64,000 nt of DNA from positions 124,001 to 188,000 of IMG/VR virus record IMGVR_UViG_3300035703_000006; one strand, given 5' to 3'. The translations under genes were made by a program, and so were the position numbers. This document shows positions 33,231-43,307 of this stretch, in pieces (within the stretch, counting starts at the first letter, position 1; each line of letters starts with the position of its first letter). Under the pieces are notes generated by a model. It worked only from the letters and a program-made list of their open reading frames with translations. It ran no database searches and had not been told where the DNA came from.

Positions 33231-36200
33231 ATGGCGGACAGATTTCCACTTATAGCAAATCCAACAACAAAACAGATTGAGGAATTGGCACCTGGGGATA
33301 ATCTCAATCTTCAAAATAGTGGAGTAGTTGGTGCTACTACAATCACTGCAAATAAATTTATTGGAAATCTTGAAGGTAATGCAACAAGTTCAGATACATT
33401 AAATAACGCAGCAAATATTTCTGCAGGTACAATTAGTAGTTCAAGATTATCTGGAACTTACAATATAAATGTAACTACAGCAACTAACCTATCAAATGCA
33501 GCAAATATTTCTGCAGGAACTATCAGCAGTGCAAGGTTATCTGGACATTATCCAATTTCTGTTGACTCTGCATCTTCATCTGATGCTTTGACTAATGCTT
33601 CAAATATTACAGGAGGAATACTTCCTTTTGGAAGACTATCTGGATTTTATAATATATCTGTAGGAGTAGCAAATACTGCGAATATTATTACTCCAGGAAG
33701 TTTTCAAAATATTGACATTGGTGGAAATGCTGCGACTGCTACTACAGCAACAAACCTTTCGGGTGGAGTGGTATCAGGCACTAATTTAAATATTACTGGG
33801 ATTGGAACAATAAATTCTTTAGGTGTTTCTGGTCTTACGACAACAACAAGTTTAAGTGTAACTAATCTAGCATCAATTGGATTTGCAAGTGTAGGTATTG
33901 CAACAATTGGATTTGGAACATTTACGAATATTAGAGTATCAAGTGCTGCTACCATTGGATTTTTAACAGCAACCAATGTTCGTGTTTCTGGAACTGCTAC
34001 TGTTGGCCTTTTAACAGCAACTAATTTAAATTCACCCAATGCAACTTTAGGAATTGTTACTGCAAGCACAATAACTGGAGTAAATACATTATCTGCGTAT
34101 GATTCTACACTTGATTTTATTAATAATACAAGAATTACGTCAAATCTATTAGTTGGAACTGCAGCATCTATTGGAATTGCAACAATAGGATTTGGGACTT
34201 TTACTAATGTTCAAGTATCAGGAATATTAACAGCAGGAACATTTTCTGGTAATTTTAGTGGAGGAATAGTTGCTACTGCTGCTTCTATTGGAATTGCAAC
34301 TATCAATTATGCAAATATTGGATTTACATCAGTTGGTGTTGCTACTATTGGATTTGCATCAGTTGGTGTTGCTACTATTGGATTTTTGACAGCAACCAAT
34401 GTTCGTGTTTCTGGAACTGCTACTGTTGGTTTTTTAACAGCAACAACAATTTACTCTAATACTTATCTTGGAAGTGGAGCAACTTTAGTTGGAATCGTAA
34501 CTCAAATTAATGTTGGAACAGGTCTTACAATATCATCAACGCAAACATCAGGAAAAGGAATAGTTAACGTAGGAATTCGCACTACTATAGGAAAAACAAT
34601 CTTTGTTTCTTTTGGAGGTGATGATTCAAATACTGGATTGTTAAACAATGATGCAAAGAAAACAATAAAAGCAGCAGCAGCACTTGCTTTACCTGGAGAC
34701 ACGATTAAAGTTTTTCCAGGAACTTATGTTGAAAATAATCCAATTATATTGTCAAAAAATGTTTCTATTGAAGGAACAGAATTACGTAACTGCCTAATTT
34801 CACCACAAAATACTGGACTTGATTTATTTCATGTTAATGATGGTGTTCATATTACCGACTTAAGTTTTGTTGGTGCTGCAGCAACAAATGGAGCAGCAGT
34901 AATAGCACTTCAACCACTTGCGGGAGTTTCTACTCATAGATTTTTTGATGCAGCAAGAATGATTCGTATGAATCTTGATTTTATTGTTTCAGAAAGCGTA
35001 GGATATCTAACCAGCACAGATTACAGAAATCCAGCATTTACGATTGGTATAGGTACAATCGGAACTGCTAAGGAATATATTTCGGGAATATTTAAAGCAG
35101 TTTGCCACGATATTACTAGAGGTGGTAACTCAAATTGTGTAGGGGCAGGGAAATCATACTATAATCAAACAGGAACACTTGAAAATATTGTCGGTGTCAA
35201 AACTGAAATGATTGATGTTTTAAATTATGCTGCAGGAATTGCAAAGTCTTGTATTAATAATGTTTCTTTTGCAAAAACAAGTGGTGGAAATTACCAATCA
35301 TATTATACGCAAGTAAAGGATGTTTCAATTCAGGCAGATACAGCAACTGGATCTAATACTAATTTAAACTCCTGTTCAAATGTGATTTCTGCGTTATATT
35401 CGTGTGTTGGAATTGTAACTACAATTATTAGAAACGGATTCAGTGCTCTTGGTGGAGCAGGAATTAATACAACATTACCATCAGCATATGATGGGCAAAC
35501 AAGTAATAATTGGTCCAGCACAAAACTTGAAGGGACGACTTTCTCACCTGGGGTTGGTATTATTTCAAAGGGTCCTTACATTCGTAACTGCACAAATTTC
35601 ATACCAAATAGCATCGGATTAAAGGTAAATGGATTTGATGCAGAACCAGGTTTTGATATTGATAATGGAATTCAAGGTTCTATGAGTGTTGATTCTTATA
35701 CTCAATATAATCAAGGTGGAATTGGAGTTTCAATTACTAATGGTGGTTATGCTCAATTAGTATCCATCTTTACAATTTGTGATGATATTGCAATTTATAC
35801 ATCTTCTGGTGGTCAATGTGATCTTACTAATTCCAACTCTTCATTTGGGACTTATGGATTGTATTCAAATGGGGTCGGAGATTATACGAGTAGATCTATT
35901 TTTAGATATACAGGAACTGCAACTACAACAGCAAATTCAAATCAAAATGTAATTTCGGTGTCTGGTCTTGGAACTAATAGACCTTACCAAGGACAAGCAA
36001 TTTATTTTGGAAATTTATATTATTCTGTTGAATCTATAAATGTTACTAATGGTGGTTCTGGATATACTTCTGAACCGATTGTAACTATTGATGCCCCATC
36101 TGGTCCAAATGGAATTAGAGCAGAAGCATTTCCAGTAGTTCAAAACGGAAGTGTAGTCTCAATTAATATCATTAGTACTGGAAATCAATATTTGACTGCA

Positions 36201-36662
36201 CCGAATGTAACAATTAGTGGTCCTGGAGCAGGAACAACCGCAACTGCAACCGCAAATCTTTCCCCAATATATTATAAAGTTGATAGTGCTACTTTACCAT
36301 CTTCAGGTATTTCTACTATCACATTAACTGAGAATCTAAATAATACCATCAGTGCAGGAACAACTGCTTATTTCTCAAGAATGAGTTTACAAGTTGCTTC
36401 TACAATATCATTTGAGTATATCGGAGCAGGAAATGCTATTGAATCTGCTAGACCATCTAAAGGTGGTGTAACAATACAAGAGAATGAAGTTGTAAGAACA
36501 AATGGTGGAGAAGTTGTTTATACAAGCACTGACCAATCAGGAAACTTTAGAATTGGTGAAGGAGTGGTGATTAACCAATTAACAGGAACAATTACTGGAA
36601 GATCCTTTAGTCAAAGTTTGTTAAATACAGTAACACCTTTACTTATTGCACTAGGAAAATAA
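33231..36662 (+). CDS. Tail fibre/anchor protein with beta-helix-like domain (module A anchor)
   Basis: 1143 aa; ANISAGTISSSRLSG and ASIGIATIGF repeats; PYIRNCTNF, VDSYTQYNQGG, VYTSTDQSGNFRIG. Confidence 0.82.
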   Translation: MADRFPLIANPTTKQIEELAPGDNLNLQNSGVVGATTITANKFIGNLEGNATSSDTLNNAANISAGTISSSRLSGTYNINVTTATNLSNAANISAGTISSARLSGHYPISVDSASSSDALTNASNITGGILPFGRLSGFYNISVGVANTANIITPGSFQNIDIGGNAATATTATNLSGGVVSGTNLNITGIGTINSLGVSGLTTTTSLSVTNLASIGFASVGIATIGFGTFTNIRVSSAATIGFLTATNVRVSGTATVGLLTATNLNSPNATLGIVTASTITGVNTLSAYDSTLDFINNTRITSNLLVGTAASIGIATIGFGTFTNVQVSGILTAGTFSGNFSGGIVATAASIGIATINYANIGFTSVGVATIGFASVGVATIGFLTATNVRVSGTATVGFLTATTIYSNTYLGSGATLVGIVTQINVGTGLTISSTQTSGKGIVNVGIRTTIGKTIFVSFGGDDSNTGLLNNDAKKTIKAAAALALPGDTIKVFPGTYVENNPIILSKNVSIEGTELRNCLISPQNTGLDLFHVNDGVHITDLSFVGAAATNGAAVIALQPLAGVSTHRFFDAARMIRMNLDFIVSESVGYLTSTDYRNPAFTIGIGTIGTAKEYISGIFKAVCHDITRGGNSNCVGAGKSYYNQTGTLENIVGVKTEMIDVLNYAAGIAKSCINNVSFAKTSGGNYQSYYTQVKDVSIQADTATGSNTNLNSCSNVISALYSCVGIVTTIIRNGFSALGGAGINTTLPSAYDGQTSNNWSSTKLEGTTFSPGVGIISKGPYIRNCTNFIPNSIGLKVNGFDAEPGFDIDNGIQGSMSVDSYTQYNQGGIGVSITNGGYAQLVSIFTICDDIAIYTSSGGQCDLTNSNSSFGTYGLYSNGVGDYTSRSIFRYTGTATTTANSNQNVISVSGLGTNRPYQGQAIYFGNLYYSVESINVTNGGSGYTSEPIVTIDAPSGPNGIRAEAFPVVQNGSVVSINIISTGNQYLTAPNVTISGPGAGTTATATANLSPIYYKVDSATLPSSGISTITLTENLNNTISAGTTAYFSRMSLQVASTISFEYIGAGNAIESARPSKGGVTIQENEVVRTNGGEVVYTSTDQSGNFRIGEGVVINQLTGTITGRSFSQSLLNTVTPLLIALGK

Positions 36663-36663
36663 A

Positions 36664-37017
36664 ATGGCAGTAGTAGCACTTAATACATTTAAAACAGTAA
36701 GGAAGTCATTAACAACTTCTAATGTTGGAATTTATACTTGTCCATCTGGAGTTGCTTCCATTGTAATTCTAGCACAAGTTACTAATGTTTCTGCAGGAAC
36801 AACTACTTATACAGTCTCTGCTGTTCATTCAAGAAGCACAGAATCTCCAACTGACTATAAATTTGCAAATAATGTCTCTGTTCCACCAAATGATTCCGTA
36901 AATTTAATTCCAGATGGAAGACTTGTTTTAGAGACAGGTGATGTTATCAAGGTTTCATCTAATTCAAATGATGAAATGAATATTGTATTAAGTGTTTTAG
37001 AAACTGCTAAGGGATAA
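36664..37017 (+). CDS. Small virion adaptor-like protein (module A)
   Basis: Paralog of 55251..55580 (LN.F.TV...IYT.P.G...V.LAQV.N). Confidence 0.8.
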   Translation: MAVVALNTFKTVRKSLTTSNVGIYTCPSGVASIVILAQVTNVSAGTTTYTVSAVHSRSTESPTDYKFANNVSVPPNDSVNLIPDGRLVLETGDVIKVSSNSNDEMNIVLSVLETAKG

Positions 37018-37022
37018 TTTAA

Positions 37023-38465
37023 ATGTATAATTATACTTCTGGAAGAGTAAAAAAAGAAAGTAGAGTTGGATTAACATCAGATAGATATGAGTTTTTAGCA
37101 TTAAATCAAGCTGAACCCGATCTTGGAGATCCACTTGTAGGTCCCTCTTCTATTGGTGCAAATCCATCACCACCTTCGGTATCAGGGGATCAATATTTGC
37201 TTGTTGCTAATAAAAATAATCCAGGAAAGAGATATTGGATTGCATCTTCTCAGGTACTGACTGGTGGTTTAATACCTGGTTCTTTTACTGTTTTTGATGA
37301 CAACATTCAAGTAGGTGCGGCAAATAGTTTTAATGTTTTTAACTTAGTTGGTGATATTGTATCCGTAGATCCCGTTGGTTCAGGTGTTTCCGATCAAACT
37401 GGTATCGCAACAATTAGATTTTCACTAAAAGCGCCTGGTCAAGCAAATCAAATAATGTATCACGGAAGTGGTAATTTAATCAAAGCAGCAAGTGGATTCG
37501 TTTATTCGTCAGGAAATATTGGAATCGGAAGTAATTCACCTACAGAATTACTAGATGTAAGTGGAAATGGAAAGTTTCTTGGATCTGTAACTGCCTCAAA
37601 TTTTGTTGGTGATTTAACTGGCACAGCATCATTTGCATCTGGATTCAGCACAACAGCAAATATTAACACTTCGGGTATTATAACTGCCTCTAGTTTCGTA
37701 GGAAATCTGATAGGAGAGGCAACTGGATTAAGTACAACATCAAGTATTAATACTTCAGGTATTATAACTGCTTCTAGTTTTGTTGGTAATGTTACTGGTA
37801 CAGCAACCACAGCAACTACAGCACTTGGTGTATCAACAACAATTAATATCAATACTAGTGGTATTATAACTGCTTCTAGTTTTGTTGGTAATGTTACTGG
37901 TACAACAACTACAGCAACTACAGCACTTGGTGTATCAACAACAATTAATATAAACACTTCAGGTATTATAACTGCTTTTAGTTTTGTTGGTAACTTAACT
38001 GGTACAGCAACCACAGCAACCACTTCAACAAATGTAATTGGTGGAATTGCTTCGGTAACATCTTTGAGTGTTTCTGGAGTAACTACAATTGGAACAGCAT
38101 CTACTACTACAAATACTCCATTGCAAGTTGAAACTTATGGAGTAAAAACTGGAACTGGTAGTTTTATTGCTTCTGTTGGTATTACTACAACAATAGATTC
38201 ATTCTCAATCATAGATACAGATTTTAAACTCGTTGAGTATTCTGTGCATATTGGATTTAGTAGTAGTATTCAAGTACAAAAAGTTTTGATTATGCAAGAT
38301 GGCATTGATGCAAATGCAGAATCTTATGGAATTATGTACAATAAGAATGCATTAGTTTCAATTGGTGCAACTTTAGATGGAAGTAATTGCAAATTACAGG
38401 TTATTCCTCAATCTGGAGTAAATGGTTTGACTACTTATAGATTTGTAAGAGGAAGTTTATTGTAA
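37023..38465 (+). CDS. Tail fibre-like protein
   Basis: INTSGIITASSFVGN repeats x5; GNIGIGS motif. Confidence 0.8.
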   Translation: MYNYTSGRVKKESRVGLTSDRYEFLALNQAEPDLGDPLVGPSSIGANPSPPSVSGDQYLLVANKNNPGKRYWIASSQVLTGGLIPGSFTVFDDNIQVGAANSFNVFNLVGDIVSVDPVGSGVSDQTGIATIRFSLKAPGQANQIMYHGSGNLIKAASGFVYSSGNIGIGSNSPTELLDVSGNGKFLGSVTASNFVGDLTGTASFASGFSTTANINTSGIITASSFVGNLIGEATGLSTTSSINTSGIITASSFVGNVTGTATTATTALGVSTTININTSGIITASSFVGNVTGTTTTATTALGVSTTININTSGIITAFSFVGNLTGTATTATTSTNVIGGIASVTSLSVSGVTTIGTASTTTNTPLQVETYGVKTGTGSFIASVGITTTIDSFSIIDTDFKLVEYSVHIGFSSSIQVQKVLIMQDGIDANAESYGIMYNKNALVSIGATLDGSNCKLQVIPQSGVNGLTTYRFVRGSLL

Positions 38466-38510
38466 TTATTTTATCATTTCAAATGAAAACATAAATACTT
38501 TAAAACTCTC

Positions 38511-41500
38511 ATGGCAGATAAAAGTTTCGGTTTAAATCAATTAAATTTTACTGGAATAGCAGGAACTTCATTAATTGAAAGTGAGAGTGGGTTGCAGATA
38601 AATTCACCTTCAGTTTCTATTAGTACTGATCTTTCTATTGGTGGAAAGGTTAATTCTAATTTAATTATTTCAAGTTCTTATTCTGTTGGCATTGGTTCTA
38701 CTCAACCACAACAAAAACTTGATGTTGTAGGAAATATAAACGTCTCAGGTTCCATAACCGCAACTTCTTTTGTCGGTTCTGGGACCAATCTCACTGGAGT
38801 AGCAAGAAATACCATAACAGCAATTGATGAGAATATTTATTATTATCCAATCTTTACTCCGTCAAATGCAAGTGCTGGAACTTATTCAACAATTGCAATA
38901 CCATCAGATAAAATTACTTATAATCCATCTGGTTTGATTGGAATTGGAACCAGTACTCCAAATTATAATATAGATGTTGTTGGGACTGGAAGATTTACAG
39001 GAAATTTAATTGCATCAACATTTATAGGTAGTTTAACTGGTACAGCAACCACTGCTTCCAGTTTAACGTCAACAGCAAGTGTCAATACATCAGGCATTAT
39101 AACTGCTTCTAGTTTTGTAGGTAACTTAACAGGTACAGCAACTGCAGCAGTTGGTTTAGGCACAACATCAAGTATTAATACTTCTGGTATTATAACTGCT
39201 TCTACTTTTGTAGGTAACTTAACAGGTACAGCAACTACAGCAACTTCTCTTGCCGATGCTTCTAATATTACCACAGGAACTATTAGTAGTTCTAGACTTA
39301 GTGGTTCTTATGGTATTTCTATAACAGGAACAGCAACTTCTCTTGCCGATGCTTCTAATATTACCACAGGAACTATTAGTAGTTCTAGACTTAGTGGTTC
39401 TTATGGTATTAATATTACTGGAACAGCAAATACTCTTGCTGATGCAGCAAACATAACTACTGGTACTATTAGTAGTTCTAGATTATCAGGGAGTTATGGA
39501 ATTTCTATAACAGGAACAGCAAATACTCTTGCTGATGCAGCAAACATAACTACTGGTACTATTAGTAGTTCTAGATTATCAGGGAGTTATGGAATTTCTA
39601 TAACAGGAACAGCAAATGCTCTTGATGATGCAGCAAACATAACTACTGGTACTATAAATTCATCAAGACTTAGTGGTTCTTATGGCATCAATATTACAGG
39701 AACAGCAGCTACAGCAACTACAGCACTTGGTGTATCAACAACAATTAATATCAACACTTCAGGTATCATAACTGCCACAACTTTTAGAGTTGGGACTAGT
39801 GCAACTGAATCAATTGGAATCACCACAAATATTATTAATGGTGGAAATTTATTACTTATAAATCCTGCTACAATTGGAGTTTCTACAGGAACAGTAAGGA
39901 TACTTGGAAACTTAATTGTTGAAGGAACTACATCTACTACTCAAGAATTAGTTTTAACTTCTAGTGATAAGCTCATTGCAATTGCAAGTACAGTTGGTAC
40001 TATTATTGATTTAGATGGGGCAGGAATAGGTATAGGATCTACATCAATAAGAAAGTTTATAAGATGGAATTATGGTTCAAGTTCTTTAAAATCTTCTGAA
40101 AACTGGAATTTAGATTCAGGAAAAGCATATCAAATCAATGACACTTCGGTTCTTACATCAACTGCCTTAGGTTCTGGTGTTACTATATCAAGTCTTAGAA
40201 GTGTTAGTTCTGGAATCATAACTGATAGAACGGAACTCACTTCAGGTCAAGTTTCTTCTGGTGATTATATATTAATTTACGACGTAAGTGATCCCACAAA
40301 CTTGAAGAAAGCAACAATACAAAATGCTGCACTTCAGGGACTTCAGGGAACACAGGGCACTCAAGGTGCTCAAGGACTTCAGGGAACACAGGGCACTCAA
40401 GGTGCTCAAGGACTTCAGGGAACACAGGGCACTCAAGGTGCTCAAGGAACACAAGGAACACAAGGAACACAAGGTCTTCAGGGTACTCAAGGTACACAAG
40501 GGACACAAGGTCTTCAGGGTACTCAAGGTACACAAGGGACACAAGGTCTTCAGGGTACTCAAGGTACACAAGGGACACAAGGTCTTCAGGGTACTCAAGG
40601 TACTCAGGGAACTCAAGGTACACAGGGAACTCAAGGAACACAGGGTACTCAAGGAACTCAAGGTACACAGGGAACTCAAGGTACACAGGGTACTCAAGGT
40701 CTCCAAGGTTTACAGGGCACACAGGGAACTCAAGGTACTCAAGGTCTCCAAGGAACTCAGGGCACTCAAGGTACTCAAGGAAGACAGGGAACTCAAGGAA
40801 GACAGGGAACTCAAGGTCTTCAGGGAACTAGTGGATCTAATGGAACTAGTGGTTCTTCTAATTGGATTCCAGTTTTAGTTAATGTAACGCAAGATTCTTC
40901 AAATCCATCAACATTTACAAAAACTGGAGCTGGAGGAACTGATGCAAATTGGGATGCTTCAGTTTATTCAGAGCAAGGTTTTGTTCTTGGTGCTTATGTG
41001 TCCACAAAAATATCATCAACAAGTGGAAGTGCCATAATTGGATTAGGAACTAATCCATCATTATCAAATGACACACTTATCAATTACGGATTATATCTTG
41101 ATAGTGGAACTTTGAAATCTATTGAAAATAACTCTCAAACTGGTCTTGGGACAACTTATGATATAACTGACGTTTTATCAGTTACTTATGATGGTGCAAA
41201 CGTTAGATATTATAAAAATTCATCTTTATTGAGAACTGTTTCTCGTTCTTTTGGTGATGCTTTATATTTGGATAGTTCTATCTATAGTACAGGTCTTGCC
41301 TTTAACAATCTTGTTTTTGGTCCCATGGGACCTCAGGGTACTCAAGGTCTCCAAGGTACTCAAGGAACTCAAGGTCTTCAGGGACTTCAAGGTACACAGG
41401 GAACTCAAGGAACTCAGGGAACTCAGGGAACTCAGGGAACTCAAGGTACACAGGGAACTCAAGGTCTCCAAGGTTTACAGGGAACTCAAGGAACTCAAGG

Positions 41501-42662
41501 TACTCAAGGAACTCAGGGTACTCAAGGAACTCAGGGTACTCAAGGAACTCAGGGTACTCAAGGAACTCAGGGTACTCAAGGAACTCAGGGTACTCAAGGA
41601 ACTCAGGGTACTCAGGGTCTCCAAGGTCTCCAAGGTTTACAGGGAACTCAAGGTACTCAAGGAACTCAAGGAACTCAAGGTACGCAGGGAACTCAAGGTC
41701 TCCAAGGTTTACAGGGAACTCAAGGTACTCAAGGAACTCAAGGTACTCAAGGAACTCAAGGTACTCAAGGAACTCAAGGTACTCAAGGTCTCCAAGGTTT
41801 ACAGGGAACTCAAGGTACTCAAGGAACTCAAGGAACTCAAGGAACTCAAGGTACACAGGGAACTCAAGGTACACAGGGAACTCAAGGTACACAGGGAACT
41901 CAAGGTACTCAAGGTCTCCAAGGTCTCCAAGGTTTACAGGGAACTCAAGGAACTCAAGGTACACAGGGAACTCAAGGTACACAGGGTACTCAAGGTACTC
42001 AAGGTTTACAAGGAACTCAAGGTACTCAAGGTCTCCAAGGTTTACAGGGAACTCAAGGAACTCAAGGAACTCAAGGAACTCAAGGAACTCAAGGAACTCA
42101 AGGAACTCAAGGAACTCAAGGAACTCAAGGAACTACTGGACCTGTGGCAGGTTCTGCAAATCAGATTGTTTACAAAGATTCATCAAATAATCCAACCAGT
42201 TCAAGTAGTTTGAGTTATATCGGCCCAGTTTCTGGAATCGGAACTCTAGGAATTGGAACCATCATTACAATCAAGCATAATGATACTTTAAATTCTGGAA
42301 CTTTAACTTTTGAGGGGTCTGCAGGTCAATTATTCACAATCACAAATAATCTCACTAGTGGTTCTATATTCTCAGTGGCAGATTCTTCTGGGATTCCCAG
42401 TATAGATGTAAATGCCGACGATACTGTTCTTTTAGCACCTTATAATGGAAATGTTGGTATAGGAACCACATTGCCACAAGCAAGAGTTCATATTGTTGGT
42501 AATACATTAATTACTGGTATTACAACTGTAGGTCTTGCAGATACTTCAACCCCCCCAAATAATTCTCAATTGAGTTTTGAACTTACTAGTAATACTAATC
42601 TAAGAATTAAAGTTCGTGGTACAGATGGAGTATTAAGATCAGCAAACATTACTCTTTCTTGA
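38511..42662 (+). CDS. Collagen-like tail fibre protein, 1383 aa
   Basis: 31-aa repeats, two G-X-Y blocks, an internal beta-rich domain, C-terminal LRIKVRGTDGVLRSANITLS. Confidence 0.88.
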   Translation: MADKSFGLNQLNFTGIAGTSLIESESGLQINSPSVSISTDLSIGGKVNSNLIISSSYSVGIGSTQPQQKLDVVGNINVSGSITATSFVGSGTNLTGVARNTITAIDENIYYYPIFTPSNASAGTYSTIAIPSDKITYNPSGLIGIGTSTPNYNIDVVGTGRFTGNLIASTFIGSLTGTATTASSLTSTASVNTSGIITASSFVGNLTGTATAAVGLGTTSSINTSGIITASTFVGNLTGTATTATSLADASNITTGTISSSRLSGSYGISITGTATSLADASNITTGTISSSRLSGSYGINITGTANTLADAANITTGTISSSRLSGSYGISITGTANTLADAANITTGTISSSRLSGSYGISITGTANALDDAANITTGTINSSRLSGSYGINITGTAATATTALGVSTTININTSGIITATTFRVGTSATESIGITTNIINGGNLLLINPATIGVSTGTVRILGNLIVEGTTSTTQELVLTSSDKLIAIASTVGTIIDLDGAGIGIGSTSIRKFIRWNYGSSSLKSSENWNLDSGKAYQINDTSVLTSTALGSGVTISSLRSVSSGIITDRTELTSGQVSSGDYILIYDVSDPTNLKKATIQNAALQGLQGTQGTQGAQGLQGTQGTQGAQGLQGTQGTQGAQGTQGTQGTQGLQGTQGTQGTQGLQGTQGTQGTQGLQGTQGTQGTQGLQGTQGTQGTQGTQGTQGTQGTQGTQGTQGTQGTQGTQGLQGLQGTQGTQGTQGLQGTQGTQGTQGRQGTQGRQGTQGLQGTSGSNGTSGSSNWIPVLVNVTQDSSNPSTFTKTGAGGTDANWDASVYSEQGFVLGAYVSTKISSTSGSAIIGLGTNPSLSNDTLINYGLYLDSGTLKSIENNSQTGLGTTYDITDVLSVTYDGANVRYYKNSSLLRTVSRSFGDALYLDSSIYSTGLAFNNLVFGPMGPQGTQGLQGTQGTQGLQGLQGTQGTQGTQGTQGTQGTQGTQGTQGLQGLQGTQGTQGTQGTQGTQGTQGTQGTQGTQGTQGTQGTQGTQGTQGTQGLQGLQGLQGTQGTQGTQGTQGTQGTQGLQGLQGTQGTQGTQGTQGTQGTQGTQGTQGLQGLQGTQGTQGTQGTQGTQGTQGTQGTQGTQGTQGTQGTQGLQGLQGLQGTQGTQGTQGTQGTQGTQGTQGLQGTQGTQGLQGLQGTQGTQGTQGTQGTQGTQGTQGTQGTQGTTGPVAGSANQIVYKDSSNNPTSSSSLSYIGPVSGIGTLGIGTIITIKHNDTLNSGTLTFEGSAGQLFTITNNLTSGSIFSVADSSGIPSIDVNADDTVLLAPYNGNVGIGTTLPQARVHIVGNTLITGITTVGLADTSTPPNNSQLSFELTSNTNLRIKVRGTDGVLRSANITLS
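39241..39705 (+). repeat. 93-bp (31-aa) tandem repeat x5
   Basis: A(T/N)(S/T/A)L(A/D)DA(S/A)NITTGTI(S/N)SSRLSGSYGI(S/N)ITGT; units start 39241, 39334, 39427, 39520, 39613. Confidence 0.92.
40338..40859 (+). repeat. Collagen-like G-X-Y block (58 triplets; GTQ/GLQ/GAQ)
   Basis: 9-bp degenerate tandem repeat. Confidence 0.95.
41319..42143 (+). repeat. Collagen-like G-X-Y block (about 91 triplets; GTQ/GLQ)
   Basis: 9-bp degenerate tandem repeat. Confidence 0.95.
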
Positions 42663-42666
42663 TGAC

Positions 42667-42695
42667 TTGACATTAAAAGGTTTTTGTGCTAAAAT
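42667..42695 (+). promoter_or_regulatory. sigma70-type (early) promoter
   Basis: TTGACA(42667-72)-17 nt-TGc-TAAAAT(42690-95). Confidence 0.8.
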
Positions 42696-42719
42696 ATTAG
42701 AGTACTGAGTAACATCAAA

Positions 42720-42893
42720 ATGCAAATTAGTCGTGAAACTCTTCGGGAACTTCAGGGAATGCAAGAAGACATTGCATCCCATTTCACCGAGGAGTTTTTT
42801 CCTATCAGTGGAGAAACTTATTGGACTTGTGTGCAGTGCCTTGCGGAAGCAAAATTGGCAGAACTTCGTGGTGAATTGACATATTCGAGTTGA
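42720..42893 (+). CDS. Hypothetical protein, 57 aa (not in ORF track)
   Basis: MQISRETLRELQGMQEDIASHFTEEFFPISGETYWTCVQCLAEAKLAELRGELTYSS*; directly downstream of the promoter. Confidence 0.75.
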   Translation: MQISRETLRELQGMQEDIASHFTEEFFPISGETYWTCVQCLAEAKLAELRGELTYSS

Positions 42894-42923
42894 ACTCTAA
42901 ATATAGAAAATAGGGTTCGTTCT

Positions 42924-43196
42924 ATGAAGTACCGCATAGACACTACGTACTGTTGGTATAATTGTGGAACAGAAATCGTTCTTATGTATTTTATAAATGG
43001 AATTCCATTTACATTTGATGAGTTACCACATTCTGGAATGCACACTACAGAAATTGTGGAACACGCAAATAATGAATTGTCATATGAACCAGAAGATTTA
43101 TATCAATCTTCTTATTATTTGATGCTTGAAGAATGCCATCCACTTATGTTTGAATTGGAATTGGAAAATCCAGAACTGCTACCCTGCGATGACTAA
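42924..43196 (+). CDS. Acidic conserved-type cyanophage protein
   Basis: LMYFINGIPFTFDELP...YLMLEECHPLMFELELENPE. Confidence 0.75.
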   Translation: MKYRIDTTYCWYNCGTEIVLMYFINGIPFTFDELPHSGMHTTEIVEHANNELSYEPEDLYQSSYYLMLEECHPLMFELELENPELLPCDD

Positions 43197-43307
43197 AACC
43201 AAAATTGACTTTTAATTGCAAAAAGGGTGCAAAAAATTTCCCGCAAAATTTTTTGACCTAAGGTTTTTGTCTAAATACAACTATAAAAGATTTATAGTGC
43301 TAATAAA

